64,000 bases of DNA from positions 1,362,508 to 1,426,507 of the forward strand of contig OX638332.1 in assembly GCA_951812735.1 (NCBI GenBank), written 5' to 3'. Shown in pieces: positions 9,197 to 18,318 of this stretch. The notes under the pieces were generated by a model that ran no database searches, had not been told where the DNA came from, and saw only the letters and a list, made by a program, of their open reading frames with translations. The position numbers and the translations under genes were made by a program. Source of the stretch: Candidatus Dadabacteria bacterium. Its GTDB lineage: Bacteria; Desulfobacterota_D; UBA1144; Nemesobacterales; Nemesobacteraceae. The first letter of the stretch is position 1. Every line of letters starts with the position of its first letter.

Positions 9197-10177
9197 ATGA
9201 GCCATAGTCATTTAAACGTCCCAACGAAGTACTGGGAGTTGACGAAAGAGGTCCCGCCCCCTCCGATAGAGCGGGATATCAAGTCGTGGATCATAGCGAA
9301 TCCGTCGGATCCGCTTTGGGACATAGACGTGCTGCCGCTGACTTACACGGACAGCAGGTGGTCGGCATTCATTATAAGATGCGACGAGGCGACTCGGAGC
9401 CGTCTGTGCCCGAATCCCCCGCTGCAGGTATGGGATGGTGAGAATGCAGACTTAGTAGAGTTTTGGTATGTGGATCACAAGCACACGATGTTAGGTCCAT
9501 ATCTTGAGTTTGGCGTAACGGTATCGGCGACTTACAGCGATCCTGATGGGAACGTATGGAAGGCGGGATACTATCCGTATATGTATCTTACGGGAGATGC
9601 GCCGGTGGATGCTGGTCGTGTACTTGGATTTCCAAAGAAGATGTCGTACATCAGATGTACGGTACATGGTGGAGAGAAAGGCACTGACTTCTTTGGATTT
9701 GCAATGAGTCGTAACGGGTACCTGCTGCACAGTGCGACAGGACAGTTTGACGACAAGCAGGTAACACCTCCGTATTTCTATGGTAAGACGGACTGGGGTA
9801 AGTTCAACATGAAGGTTATAACGCGACCGGACGTATCGAGTTCGGAGTGGCAGCTGACGTATCTGCCATCAGCGCTGCCGCCTCCGTTTGACACCATGAT
9901 CCAGGGACACAGGTTCAAGATAAAGCCTGAGCACACGAGGACTGCAAGCGGAGACGCTATAAACTGGTTTATGCAGGCCACGCCGTTTGACAACATGGGA
10001 GCAGAGGTAAAGATCCAGGAAGTAACTGGATTGATATCGTTTGTGTTTGATCTCGTAATACCTCCGGCAGTAGTACTGTGGACGGAGACATACGAGAGGC
10101 CAGCGAGTTATCGTGGATATGCCACACCATACAAGTATGGATTGAGGCAGCAGTTCCCGATCAGTCAGGGTTCATAA
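9197..10177 (+). CDS. Acetoacetate decarboxylase (ADC) superfamily protein, paralogue 1
   Basis: 326 aa. The segment AGYYPYMYLTGDAPVDAGRVLGFPKK matches the ADC-family active-site region, with the Schiff-base lysine in the FPKK dyad and a conserved Glu in EFWYV. Preceded by the RBS aaggagg. Confidence 0.75.
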   Translation: MSHSHLNVPTKYWELTKEVPPPPIERDIKSWIIANPSDPLWDIDVLPLTYTDSRWSAFIIRCDEATRSRLCPNPPLQVWDGENADLVEFWYVDHKHTMLGPYLEFGVTVSATYSDPDGNVWKAGYYPYMYLTGDAPVDAGRVLGFPKKMSYIRCTVHGGEKGTDFFGFAMSRNGYLLHSATGQFDDKQVTPPYFYGKTDWGKFNMKVITRPDVSSSEWQLTYLPSALPPPFDTMIQGHRFKIKPEHTRTASGDAINWFMQATPFDNMGAEVKIQEVTGLISFVFDLVIPPAVVLWTETYERPASYRGYATPYKYGLRQQFPISQGS

Positions 10178-10208
10178 AATAGATATAAGTTAAGGAGGTA
10201 ATACCATA

Positions 10209-11180
10209 ATGGGATTACAGGCAAATGAGTACAGTTATCCTTGGCTGGATGAAGGGGAAGTTCCACCATTACCGTTGGACAGGGACAGGATCCACATAAT
10301 CAGTCAGGGCGTAGCGGACCCCGTGTTCGACTACGATATCATACCGCTTACCTATACGGAGAGCAGGTGGATGGCCTATGTAATAAGGGCAGACATCAAT
10401 GCGATGAAAGCGGTGGTACCGGAGCCGATCGAGGTCCAGGACGATGTAATAGAGTTTTGGTACGTAATACACAAGAACACGATGTTAGGTCCATACATGG
10501 AGATGGGCGTAACGTTCTCTGCGACAGTGGATGACGGGAGTGGGCACATATACAGGGCGGGATATTATCCGTACATGTATCTGTCGAACGACTCACCGAT
10601 ATTCGCGGGTAAGGAGCCATTCGGATTTCCGAAGAAGGCTGCATACATAGCAGGGTATGAGCATGGTACCAACAACAACTATTTTAACCATTTGATGGAG
10701 CGCAGGGGGTATATACTGCACACTGCGAACGGGCGTTATTCTGACAGGCCGCTGTCGGCGAGGCCAACTTTCTATGGCAAGACCGACTGGGGTAGGATGA
10801 ACTACAGGATAACGACCAGACCTGATGTATCGAACAGTATCCATGAGATAACGTATCTGCCGTCGGATCTTCCGCCGGGATTTGGTACGGGACACAGGTT
10901 CCAGCTGAACCCAGAGAGTGTGAGGACAGCTGTAACTGAGGATGTACGTTCGTGGTTCATGTCAGGAACTCCGTTTGACTATATGGGTGGTCAGATACCA
11001 GCGGCGGAAGTAGTAGGGTTGATAAGTTTCACGTTCAACCTGATCATCCCGCCGGCGTTGACGATATGGACAAGGACGGTAGAGAGGGCAGTGGAAGACA
11101 TGGGTCATGTAGTCTACTCCACACCGTTTGAGTACACGATGCGTCACAGGTTCCTGCTGCCGCAGTATAGCCAGGGATAA
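10209..11180 (+). CDS. Acetoacetate decarboxylase (ADC) superfamily protein, paralogue 2
   Basis: 323 aa, about 45-50% identical to paralogue 1. It has AVVPEPIEV, IEFWYV and AGYYPYMYLSNDSPIFAGKEPFGFPKK. RBS aaggagg; the intergenic gap to paralogue 1 is 31 bp. Confidence 0.75.
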   Translation: MGLQANEYSYPWLDEGEVPPLPLDRDRIHIISQGVADPVFDYDIIPLTYTESRWMAYVIRADINAMKAVVPEPIEVQDDVIEFWYVIHKNTMLGPYMEMGVTFSATVDDGSGHIYRAGYYPYMYLSNDSPIFAGKEPFGFPKKAAYIAGYEHGTNNNYFNHLMERRGYILHTANGRYSDRPLSARPTFYGKTDWGRMNYRITTRPDVSNSIHEITYLPSDLPPGFGTGHRFQLNPESVRTAVTEDVRSWFMSGTPFDYMGGQIPAAEVVGLISFTFNLIIPPALTIWTRTVERAVEDMGHVVYSTPFEYTMRHRFLLPQYSQG

Positions 11181-11230
11181 TGACAGAAAGCATGGGTTTG
11201 CGTTAGTAGCGTAGACTTGTGATGAATAGA

Positions 11231-11274
11231 AGGGGAGGGAGACCGGTAAACGGTTTCTCCTCCTCTTTTTTTTT
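11231..11274 (+). terminator. Rho-independent terminator after the ADC pair
   Basis: GA-rich/TC-rich hairpin (gggagggagaccg...cggtttctcctcc) followed by T9. Confidence 0.6.
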
Positions 11275-11313
11275 GTGCGCAGACTGATTTTTCCGTAAAC
11301 TAATACAACAGCG

Positions 11314-12063
11314 ATGCCCTCCGGTACTCTCATAGTGTACGAACCTTTAGATTCTTTCAGAGAAAAGTCTGAATACTGGAGCAAGTATCTTAAGTTTTAC
11401 GAACGTTACTGGGGTGGTCCCACCTCTCCTTTTGGGATATGGTTTGGCAATGAGTACAATGTGTTTCGCCAAGCCTTGTCAGACCATCTTAACCTTCCCC
11501 ATCAGGACCTGCCCGACTGTCTTTTCATGAAAGATGAAGGCGGTAACTATTTTGTCGCGCCCACTTCTGACTCCCTCAACTGCTTTGCATCTGAAAACGT
11601 TATTCCGTTTGAGTGGTTTCTCCTTTTCTCGGAGGAAGGGAGGAAAAATTTCTATACTCACTGGGGCTTTAACTCAATTCATTACAATTCAACGCTGGAG
11701 CAATCAGAGAAAAAGCTGACTTTCTCACGGGAAAAGATCGAGAAAATGATGTCTGAAGAATCCACGAACCCCCTCAAGGTCTTTCTCCGCAATCTTGACC
11801 GAAGCCTTGAGGACCTCAGGAAATGGCTTGTGCAGTTTGACATGCAAAGCTATCTGATACTTAACTACGGCGACATCTGTAATTACATACATCCTTACAC
11901 CCTGAAAAATGAAAACAGCGTAACGGAGGTTGCGAAGATTATGGACCTTGTTTTCTTGTCGGACTTCAGTGAAGCGGAGCTTGCGCTTAAGGTGTTTTTT
12001 CAGAAGTGGGAGGATATATCGAGCAAGTGCGCCGGTGGCACTGAGGATTCCCGAATCCAGTAA
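11314..12063 (+). CDS. Hypothetical protein with no recognisable domain and lower GC than its neighbours
   Basis: 249-aa ORF with a well-behaved aromatic-rich composition. It ends 20 bp before nth. Confidence 0.5.
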   Translation: MPSGTLIVYEPLDSFREKSEYWSKYLKFYERYWGGPTSPFGIWFGNEYNVFRQALSDHLNLPHQDLPDCLFMKDEGGNYFVAPTSDSLNCFASENVIPFEWFLLFSEEGRKNFYTHWGFNSIHYNSTLEQSEKKLTFSREKIEKMMSEESTNPLKVFLRNLDRSLEDLRKWLVQFDMQSYLILNYGDICNYIHPYTLKNENSVTEVAKIMDLVFLSDFSEAELALKVFFQKWEDISSKCAGGTEDSRIQ

Positions 12064-12082
12064 GGGTCCGCCCCCGATTGAG

Positions 12083-12751
12083 ATGACCGCCAAACTTGAG
12101 AGAAAAAATATCGGAAGGGTTCTGGGAATACTGAGAAAGGAAGCCGCCGGATGGAACGTTCCAGTAGTTACGCTTACGGCAGTTTCCTCAAAAAGCCCTT
12201 TCAAGGTTCTTATCTCTACGGTGCTGAGTTTGCGGACCAAGGACGAGACCACGGCTGAGGCCTCGGCAAGACTTTTCCTCGAAGCATCCACTCCGCGTGC
12301 TGTGCTTGAGCTTGGGGAAAAAAAGGTACGAGATCTTATATACCCCGTCGGTTTTTACAGGGTAAAGGCGCAGAACATCGTCGGAATATGTGAAAAACTG
12401 ATAGATGAATATGACGGCCGGGTCCCGGACAGTATCGACGAGCTTTTAAAATTCCGCGGAGTCGGGAGAAAAACGGCTAATCTGGTTCTTTCTCTTGGAT
12501 ACGGAAAACCTGCCATCTGCGTCGATATTCACGTGCACAGGATCTCGAACAGATGGGGTTACCTAGATACCAAAAATCCTTATGAAACCGAGATGGCTCT
12601 TCGGGAAAAACTGCCGCGCAGATACTGGATAGAATACAACTCTCTCCTTGTTGCTCTGGGGCAGCAGATCTGCAGGCCACTATCTCCTTTTTGCAGCCGT
12701 TGCCCCGTAAGTGGTTACTGCCCGAAAACAGGGGTTTTGAGAAGCAGATAG
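12083..12751 (+). CDS. nth: Endonuclease III (DNA glycosylase/AP lyase)
   Basis: HhH-GPD fold (LKFRGVGRKTANLVL) plus the C-terminal 4Fe-4S loop CRPLSPFCSRCPVSGYC. The start was chosen at ATG 12083 (MTAKLERKN), inside the longer listed ORF. Confidence 0.9.
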   Translation: MTAKLERKNIGRVLGILRKEAAGWNVPVVTLTAVSSKSPFKVLISTVLSLRTKDETTAEASARLFLEASTPRAVLELGEKKVRDLIYPVGFYRVKAQNIVGICEKLIDEYDGRVPDSIDELLKFRGVGRKTANLVLSLGYGKPAICVDIHVHRISNRWGYLDTKNPYETEMALREKLPRRYWIEYNSLLVALGQQICRPLSPFCSRCPVSGYCPKTGVLRSR

Positions 12752-12811
12752 AACCTGTTTTCCGATTGACTCTGCCCGCATTGTAACTATAATTGGAAAC
12801 TATATACTCGG

Positions 12812-14005
12812 TTACTCGTATACTGTTCTTGGCCGAACGGGAGCAGCCTCCCGTTTATCTCTCATCCTTCCGACCATGCGGGACTCTAAATCGAGTTTTC
12901 CACCCGCAATCAGGGCCAAGCCCCGATGAAGGATATTTCTTGCGGCGTTCATGTCTCTGTCTGCCTCGTATCCGCATTTGGTACACCTGTGGACACGAAC
13001 TTGTAGGGATTTCTTTATAGTCGCTCCGCAGCTTGAACATTCCTGCGAAGTATTCTTGGGATTCACGCGCACCATCTTAACGCCAGCACTCTCGGCCTTC
13101 TCGCCAAGCAGCGTCATGAATTTGCCCCAAGTCTGCTCCCGTATGCTTTTTGCCAAATGCCTGTCACTAAGCATGTTTTTTGTCTCTAGCTTTTCTACTG
13201 CTATAAAATCGTACATCTTCACTAAGGTAGCGGTTAGCCGGTGAAGGCGATCTCTTTCCTTGTCCGTAAGTCTCTGCCACTCCTTAGCAAGGGCAGAGAC
13301 GGCTTTTCTTCTATTATTAGAGCTTTTCTTCTTGCGGGATATGGAGCGTTGGAGTTGGATGAGATGGCGATAGTCTATTTTCCTCTTCTCCACGGTCACC
13401 CCATCGCTCAGGGTAAGACGTTTTGATACTCCCATGTCTATACCGACGGGATTAGTTATTTTCCTCGTTTGCTCTGGTTCTGGGAGTTCATAAGACAACG
13501 AGACCTCGGTACGCAAAGGTTTTCTTGTGATCCGTATCGCTTTTAGCAGTGTGCTAGATGGGAGTTCTCGAGACGACTTTACTTCAATACGGGGAAGCCC
13601 CTTGATCTTAAGAACAAGTTTATTGCCTTGGCGCTTAAGCATACGACAGCACTGGTCGTTAATCTCTATTGAGCACCAGCGTTTGCCTTTCTTAAAACGG
13701 GGAAATCCCGCCTTTTCTTTTGCCTTCACTCTGCGGAAAAAGGACTGAAACGCCCTGTCTATCCGACCCACTACCCCACGGAATATCTGAACGCTTATGT
13801 TGTCGTACTCCGGGTCATCCGCCCTCACCTCAGTCAGAGCCTTGCACTGGTCGTAATATGAGCGGAGCTTACCTGTCTTTTTCTAGCAGTCGATGCGTTC
13901 CTCAAGGCAGGCATTGTAGAGGTCGGCATTCATCTGAAACACTCGGGAAAGTGTCTCGTGTCCTGATCTGGATACCTTAGCACGGCATTTGTAAGTTCTT
14001 AGCAT
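12812..14005 (-). pseudogene. tnpB: IS200/IS605-family tnpB (OMEGA RNA-guided nuclease), copy 1, carrying an in-frame TAG
   Basis: The listed 338-aa ORF has the RuvC and zinc-finger C-terminus (CSSCGATIKK...CTKCGYEADRDMNAARNI). It continues in frame upstream to an ATG at 14005 (MLRTYKCRAK..) through a single TAG at 13883-13885. Copy 2 has TAC (Tyr) at that codon. No tnpA is present. Confidence 0.8.
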
Positions 14006-14032
14006 CACTATATATTATACTCGATAGTTCAA

Positions 14033-14620
14033 TTGTCTTCACATTCTTGGGGCAAACAGGTATATAATTCCTCCGTAATTCATTGCCAAACCGTTTTCCG
14101 GAAAAACCCATTGTCTCATACTGTCCTTTTTTATATTTTTTCTACGCTTGCCGTGCTTGGAGCCATTATGGTCGTGAGCCATAAAAATCCTGTTTCAAGC
14201 GCTATTTCGCTCGTTCTTACTCTTTTTTCCACTGCCGTGCTTTTCGTTCTTCTCCACGCTCATTTCATCGCGGCGATACAGATACTGATTTACGCAGGAG
14301 CGATAATGGTTCTCTTCCTCTTTACCGTCATGTTCCTCAACATAAGGGACAGCGAGCTTAGGTTTGACAGTATGAACATACCGAAGAGGATGACGTTTCT
14401 TTTTCTTTTCATTGCTGTTGTCGGGTTCTTTGCATCGAAACTTTTTTCGTCTTCTCCGGTTGTTTTCTCGGAACTTAGAGATCCTGAAAATTTCGGTACC
14501 GTAGCCGATGTGGGAAGATCTCTTTTCAGCGACTACCTGCTTGCGTTCGAGCTTACCTCGGTTCTCGTGGTCATAGCCATGGTGGGCGTTCTGGTCATAG
14601 CCAAGGGGAGGGAATCATAA
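14033..14620 (+). CDS. nuoJ: NADH-quinone oxidoreductase subunit J
   Basis: Multi-TM protein with the NuoJ pattern (HKNPVSSAISLVL...IYAGAIMVLFLF). The true start is probably an internal TTG/ATG near 14110-14170. Confidence 0.8.
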   Translation: MSSHSWGKQVYNSSVIHCQTVFRKNPLSHTVLFYIFSTLAVLGAIMVVSHKNPVSSAISLVLTLFSTAVLFVLLHAHFIAAIQILIYAGAIMVLFLFTVMFLNIRDSELRFDSMNIPKRMTFLFLFIAVVGFFASKLFSSSPVVFSELRDPENFGTVADVGRSLFSDYLLAFELTSVLVVIAMVGVLVIAKGRES

Positions 14621-14621
14621 G

Positions 14622-14927
14622 ATGGAAATCCAGGTTACTCACTACGTAGTTCTGGCTTCCGTGCTCTTTGCGATTGGGGTTTACGGGGTGATTACCAGAA
14701 AAAACATACTGATCGTACTTATGTGCCTTGAGCTTATGCTGAACTCCTGCAATCTGCTTTTCGTTGTTTTCTCAAGGCTCTACGAAGGCGCTACGGGACA
14801 TGTGTTCGTTCTGATGTCGGTAACGGTGGCGGCGGCTGAGGTCGCGGTTGGTTTGGCGTTTGTCGTTTCGATTTACAGGCAGAAAGAGAGTCTTGACATT
14901 GATTTGCTGAAACTGCTTAGGGGTTAA
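14622..14927 (+). CDS. nuoK: NADH-quinone oxidoreductase subunit K
   Basis: 101 aa with 3 TM and NuoK conserved Glu residues (LELMLNS, AAAEVAVGLA). Confidence 0.9.
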   Translation: MEIQVTHYVVLASVLFAIGVYGVITRKNILIVLMCLELMLNSCNLLFVVFSRLYEGATGHVFVLMSVTVAAAEVAVGLAFVVSIYRQKESLDIDLLKLLRG

Positions 14928-14950
14928 TTTATTCTCGGAGGTTTACCTGA

Positions 14951-16936
14951 GTGCTTGCTCTCATAGTTCTTGCGCCGCTTGCGGGGGCGATTTTCAACGG
15001 GCTTTTCTTTGCCACCGGTCTTTGCGGAAAGCTTACCGGAACCGCGAGACACACGAGTGACAGGATTGTCGGGACGGTGGCGTGCGCGGCCGTTCTGGTC
15101 TCCGCCCTTTTGTCCACGCGTCTTTTCCTCGACCTTCTCTCGCAGAGCCCCGCGGGAGCAGAGCCGATTACTACCGAGCTTTTCACCTGGATGCTCTCGG
15201 GCACCCTTAACGTTAGCTTCGAGTTCCTCTTTGACTCCCTCTCGGCCGTAATGGCCCTTGTTGTGACATGGGTTGGATTTCTTATACATGTCTATTCGAT
15301 CGGCTACATGCACCATGACCGCTGTTACGCGCGTTATTTCACTTACCTGAACATCTTCGTTTTCTTTATGCTCGTCCTGATCCTGGGCAACAACTTCCCC
15401 ATGATGTTTGTCGGATGGGAGGGAGTGGGCCTTGCCTCCTACCTGCTTATAGGATTCTGGTATGAAGACTCGTTTCGGGTCTATGCGGGAAGAAAGGCTT
15501 TTGTGGTTAACAGGATAGGGGACTTTGGGTTCATTCTCGGCATCTTTCTTATTTTTACAGTGTTCGGTTCGCTTAACTACCAGGATGTTTTTTCCCAGCT
15601 CGGAGATCCGGTTTTTGTTTCGGGGATCTCGCAGTCGCTTATAACAGCGATGGCCCTTCTTCTGTTCGTAGGCGCCGTCGGTAAATCGGCCCAGTTTCCC
15701 CTTCATGTCTGGCTTCCGGACGCGATGGCGGGTCCGACTGCCGTGAGCGCACTTATTCACGCCGCGACTATGGTTACCGCAGGGGTTTACATGGTGAGCC
15801 GCTGCTCGGCGCTCTTTGACCTGAGTCCCGTGGCTTCGGGCGTTGTCTTGATTGTGGCGGCGTTCACCGCGTTTTTCGCCGCAACGATAGCTATCACCCA
15901 GAACGACATAAAGAAAGTGCTCGCGTACTCGACCGTGAGTCAGCTCGGGTACATGATGATGGCCGCAGGGGCGGGGGCATATGTATTTTCTATATTTCAT
16001 CTGGTTACCCACGCTTTTTTCAAGGCACTTCTTTTTCTCGGGGCGGGAAGCGTCATACACGCCATGGCCGGAGAGCAGGATATAAGAAAAATGGGAGGGC
16101 TTCGCGGGATGATTCCCGTAACAGCCGTTACTTTCCTGGTGGCGACGCTTGCAATCTCCGGCTTCCCTCTTCTCTCCGGGTTTTTCAGCAAGGATGAGAT
16201 CCTGGCTTCGCTTTATAACGGCGGCCATACGTTTTTCTGGGCTGCGGGGCTCCTTACGGCCGTACTGACCGCTTTTTACATGACGAGGCTCTACGTGCTC
16301 ACATTTGAAGGAGCGGCCAGGATGGATTACAAGACCAAAAGCCGCGTGCATGAATCCCCGGCTGTAATGACTATACCTCTTGTGGTCCTCGCTGTTCTGT
16401 CGATTCTTGGAGGTCTTCTCGGAGTGCCCGAGTTTATCGGCGAGAGCGTGGGTTTTCATTACACAGGACTTATTGAGAAATTCCTTTCCTCTTCCGTAGT
16501 TGTCCACCACGGCGCGGAACATGCTTCCTCGCACCATTTCGGCCACTGGACCCTTGTAGGGTTCTCGGTGCTCGCCGCGTTTGCGGGGATAGCGGGTGGT
16601 ATCTTGATTTATTACCGCGGGCAAGGGAAAACTACTTTAGTCCCGTGCCAAGCGGCCACCGCGGTCCGCAGAGGATCCTTTAACAAGTGGTACGTGGATG
16701 AGATCTACGATGCGGTTTTCGTATCTCCGTTTAACTACATTTCGGGACTGTCCTCGGATTTTGACCGTTCCGTTATAGACCGTTCACTTGACGGGCTGAG
16801 CAATTTTGTAAAAAACCTCTCAAGACGGCTAAGCGCTCTTCAGACCGGTCTGCTCAGGTATTACGTGGCTGCTATGGTCGGCGGTGTCGTCGTAATAATA
16901 GTGCTTCTTTTCATCTACGGTCCCACCGCTTCTTGA
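14951..16936 (+). CDS. nuoL: NADH-quinone oxidoreductase subunit L
   Basis: 661 aa, of the antiporter-like NuoL/MrpA type (WLPDAMAGPTAVSALIHAATMVTAGVY). It starts at a GTG. Confidence 0.9.
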   Translation: MLALIVLAPLAGAIFNGLFFATGLCGKLTGTARHTSDRIVGTVACAAVLVSALLSTRLFLDLLSQSPAGAEPITTELFTWMLSGTLNVSFEFLFDSLSAVMALVVTWVGFLIHVYSIGYMHHDRCYARYFTYLNIFVFFMLVLILGNNFPMMFVGWEGVGLASYLLIGFWYEDSFRVYAGRKAFVVNRIGDFGFILGIFLIFTVFGSLNYQDVFSQLGDPVFVSGISQSLITAMALLLFVGAVGKSAQFPLHVWLPDAMAGPTAVSALIHAATMVTAGVYMVSRCSALFDLSPVASGVVLIVAAFTAFFAATIAITQNDIKKVLAYSTVSQLGYMMMAAGAGAYVFSIFHLVTHAFFKALLFLGAGSVIHAMAGEQDIRKMGGLRGMIPVTAVTFLVATLAISGFPLLSGFFSKDEILASLYNGGHTFFWAAGLLTAVLTAFYMTRLYVLTFEGAARMDYKTKSRVHESPAVMTIPLVVLAVLSILGGLLGVPEFIGESVGFHYTGLIEKFLSSSVVVHHGAEHASSHHFGHWTLVGFSVLAAFAGIAGGILIYYRGQGKTTLVPCQAATAVRRGSFNKWYVDEIYDAVFVSPFNYISGLSSDFDRSVIDRSLDGLSNFVKNLSRRLSALQTGLLRYYVAAMVGGVVVIIVLLFIYGPTAS

Positions 16937-17213
16937 AGGGCGGTTTTTTCCGCCCAGATTTCAACTCAGAAGGTTGTCTTCCCGAGGTAAAAATATCGTT
17001 TGAGGAAAAGAGTTTTCTCTATACTCTTGACAAATGACTTCCAATATAGATATTGATTGTCCAGAATATCTAAGTAATCCTATCTGTCTTACCTCAACAA
17101 TCTGCCTGTCTTAATCCTTTATGGATGGCCCTGCTGATTCTTTATGCGGGTAGTTGTGAACCGGGGCGGGCGAATACTGTGTTCAGGTGGATTTACTGAT
17201 GGAGGTATCGGCG

Positions 17214-17744
17214 ATGATTGAAAAAACGTTAAAAAGGAAGAAGTTTCTGATAGCGATTTTTATTGTAGCTGCCACACTCTATTTCCTTTTTGGACGTTAC
17301 GATGTTTCGGCGACAAGGCCACATCCGACAATCGTAAGCATGATTTTCCACAGCGTTACGGAGAGGTCGATACAAAGGAGTTCCGCGAGCCTCACCGTTC
17401 CCTACGACGTTGATGATGAGAACATGTATGTGAAGGGTTTTAAGGAATACGATGAGATGTGCGTTCAGTGCCATGGAGCCCCAAGTGTTGAAGCTTCATC
17501 GGCCGGCAAGGGGCTTTTTCCGAAGCCCCCCAAGTTCCCTGGAGAGGAATTTAATGAATATTCCCTGAAAGACATCTTCTGGGTCACGAAAAACGGGGTC
17601 AAGATGACGGGAATGCCCGCTTACGGACCCACGCACGAAGACGAGACAATCTGGGCGATCGCAATATTTCTTGATAAGTCCAGAGATTTATCTGAAGCGG
17701 AATATAGGAGCCTCAGGGATAAATATTCTGATACGCATCATTAA
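17214..17744 (+). CDS. Membrane-anchored monoheme c-type cytochrome
   Basis: N-terminal TM helix, a single CVQCH haem-binding motif, and Met in MTGMPAYGP as a candidate sixth ligand. The start was chosen at ATG 17214 after GGAGGT. Confidence 0.65.
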   Translation: MIEKTLKRKKFLIAIFIVAATLYFLFGRYDVSATRPHPTIVSMIFHSVTERSIQRSSASLTVPYDVDDENMYVKGFKEYDEMCVQCHGAPSVEASSAGKGLFPKPPKFPGEEFNEYSLKDIFWVTKNGVKMTGMPAYGPTHEDETIWAIAIFLDKSRDLSEAEYRSLRDKYSDTHH

Positions 17745-17822
17745 TGTCCGTAGCTTGAACGGACCACTAAAATCATTTGAAAAGTGTTTCTTTGTCATTT
17801 CCGGTTGACTTTGTTCTAATAC

Positions 17823-17837
17823 TGGTAATGATTACCA
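17823..17837. promoter_or_regulatory. 15-bp palindrome TGGTAATGATTACCA in the Rrf2 gene promoter, a candidate autoregulatory operator
   Basis: Perfect dyad between a TTGACT -35-like box at 17800 and the Rrf2 start at 17882. Confidence 0.35.
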
Positions 17838-17881
17838 ATTAGATAGCTATTTTATGGATATACAAAGTATACAATAACGTT

Positions 17882-18301
17882 ATGCAGGTAAGCAGAACAC
17901 TTGATTACGCCGTCAGATGCCTTATCCATATGGGAGGCAATCCGAAGGATAAATTCAGCATGAAGCAGGTATCCGAGACCCAGCATATTCCGCAGAATTA
18001 CCTTGCCAAAGTAATGAGAAGGCTTGTTAATCGCGGAATACTCAGGTCGAAGGTGGGGCCTGAGGGCGGATACATGCTTCGCAAGCCCCCGCATGAACTC
18101 AGCCTGAGAGAGGTATACGAAGCCATAGAGGGGGAAATAAGAATAGTGGATTGCATGGACGACGACGGTCCCTGCGCCCTCTATGAGAACTGTGGGCAGC
18201 TTCCTCTTTGGGATAAGCTCAGAGTATCCATGATAAGGATTCTTGAAGATACCACTATCGGGGATATGGTGGATGAAACTCGGAGTGGCAGAAGTCACTA
18301 G
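17882..18301 (+). CDS. Rrf2-family transcriptional regulator (IscR/SufR-like) with a three-Cys cluster-binding motif
   Basis: 139 aa with an N-terminal wHTH ([12 protein letters not shown]...) and [14 protein letters not shown]. Confidence 0.85.
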   Translation: MQVSRTLDYAVRCLIHMGGNPKDKFSMKQVSETQHIPQNYLAKVMRRLVNRGILRSKVGPEGGYMLRKPPHELSLREVYEAIEGEIRIVDCMDDDGPCALYENCGQLPLWDKLRVSMIRILEDTTIGDMVDETRSGRSH

Positions 18302-18318
18302 CAGGAGGATATTTCTTA

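Noticed and set aside
11725-12291. 188-aa minus-strand ORF spanning the junction of the hypothetical gene and nth
   Set aside because: It overlaps two co-directional plus-strand genes, one of which (nth) is unambiguous. It has no RBS and no motif.
14924-16624. 566-aa Arg/His-rich ORF on the minus strand
   Set aside because: It lies entirely antisense to nuoL, has Arg/Gly/His-biased low-complexity composition and no motifs. It is a typical shadow ORF of a GC-rich membrane gene.
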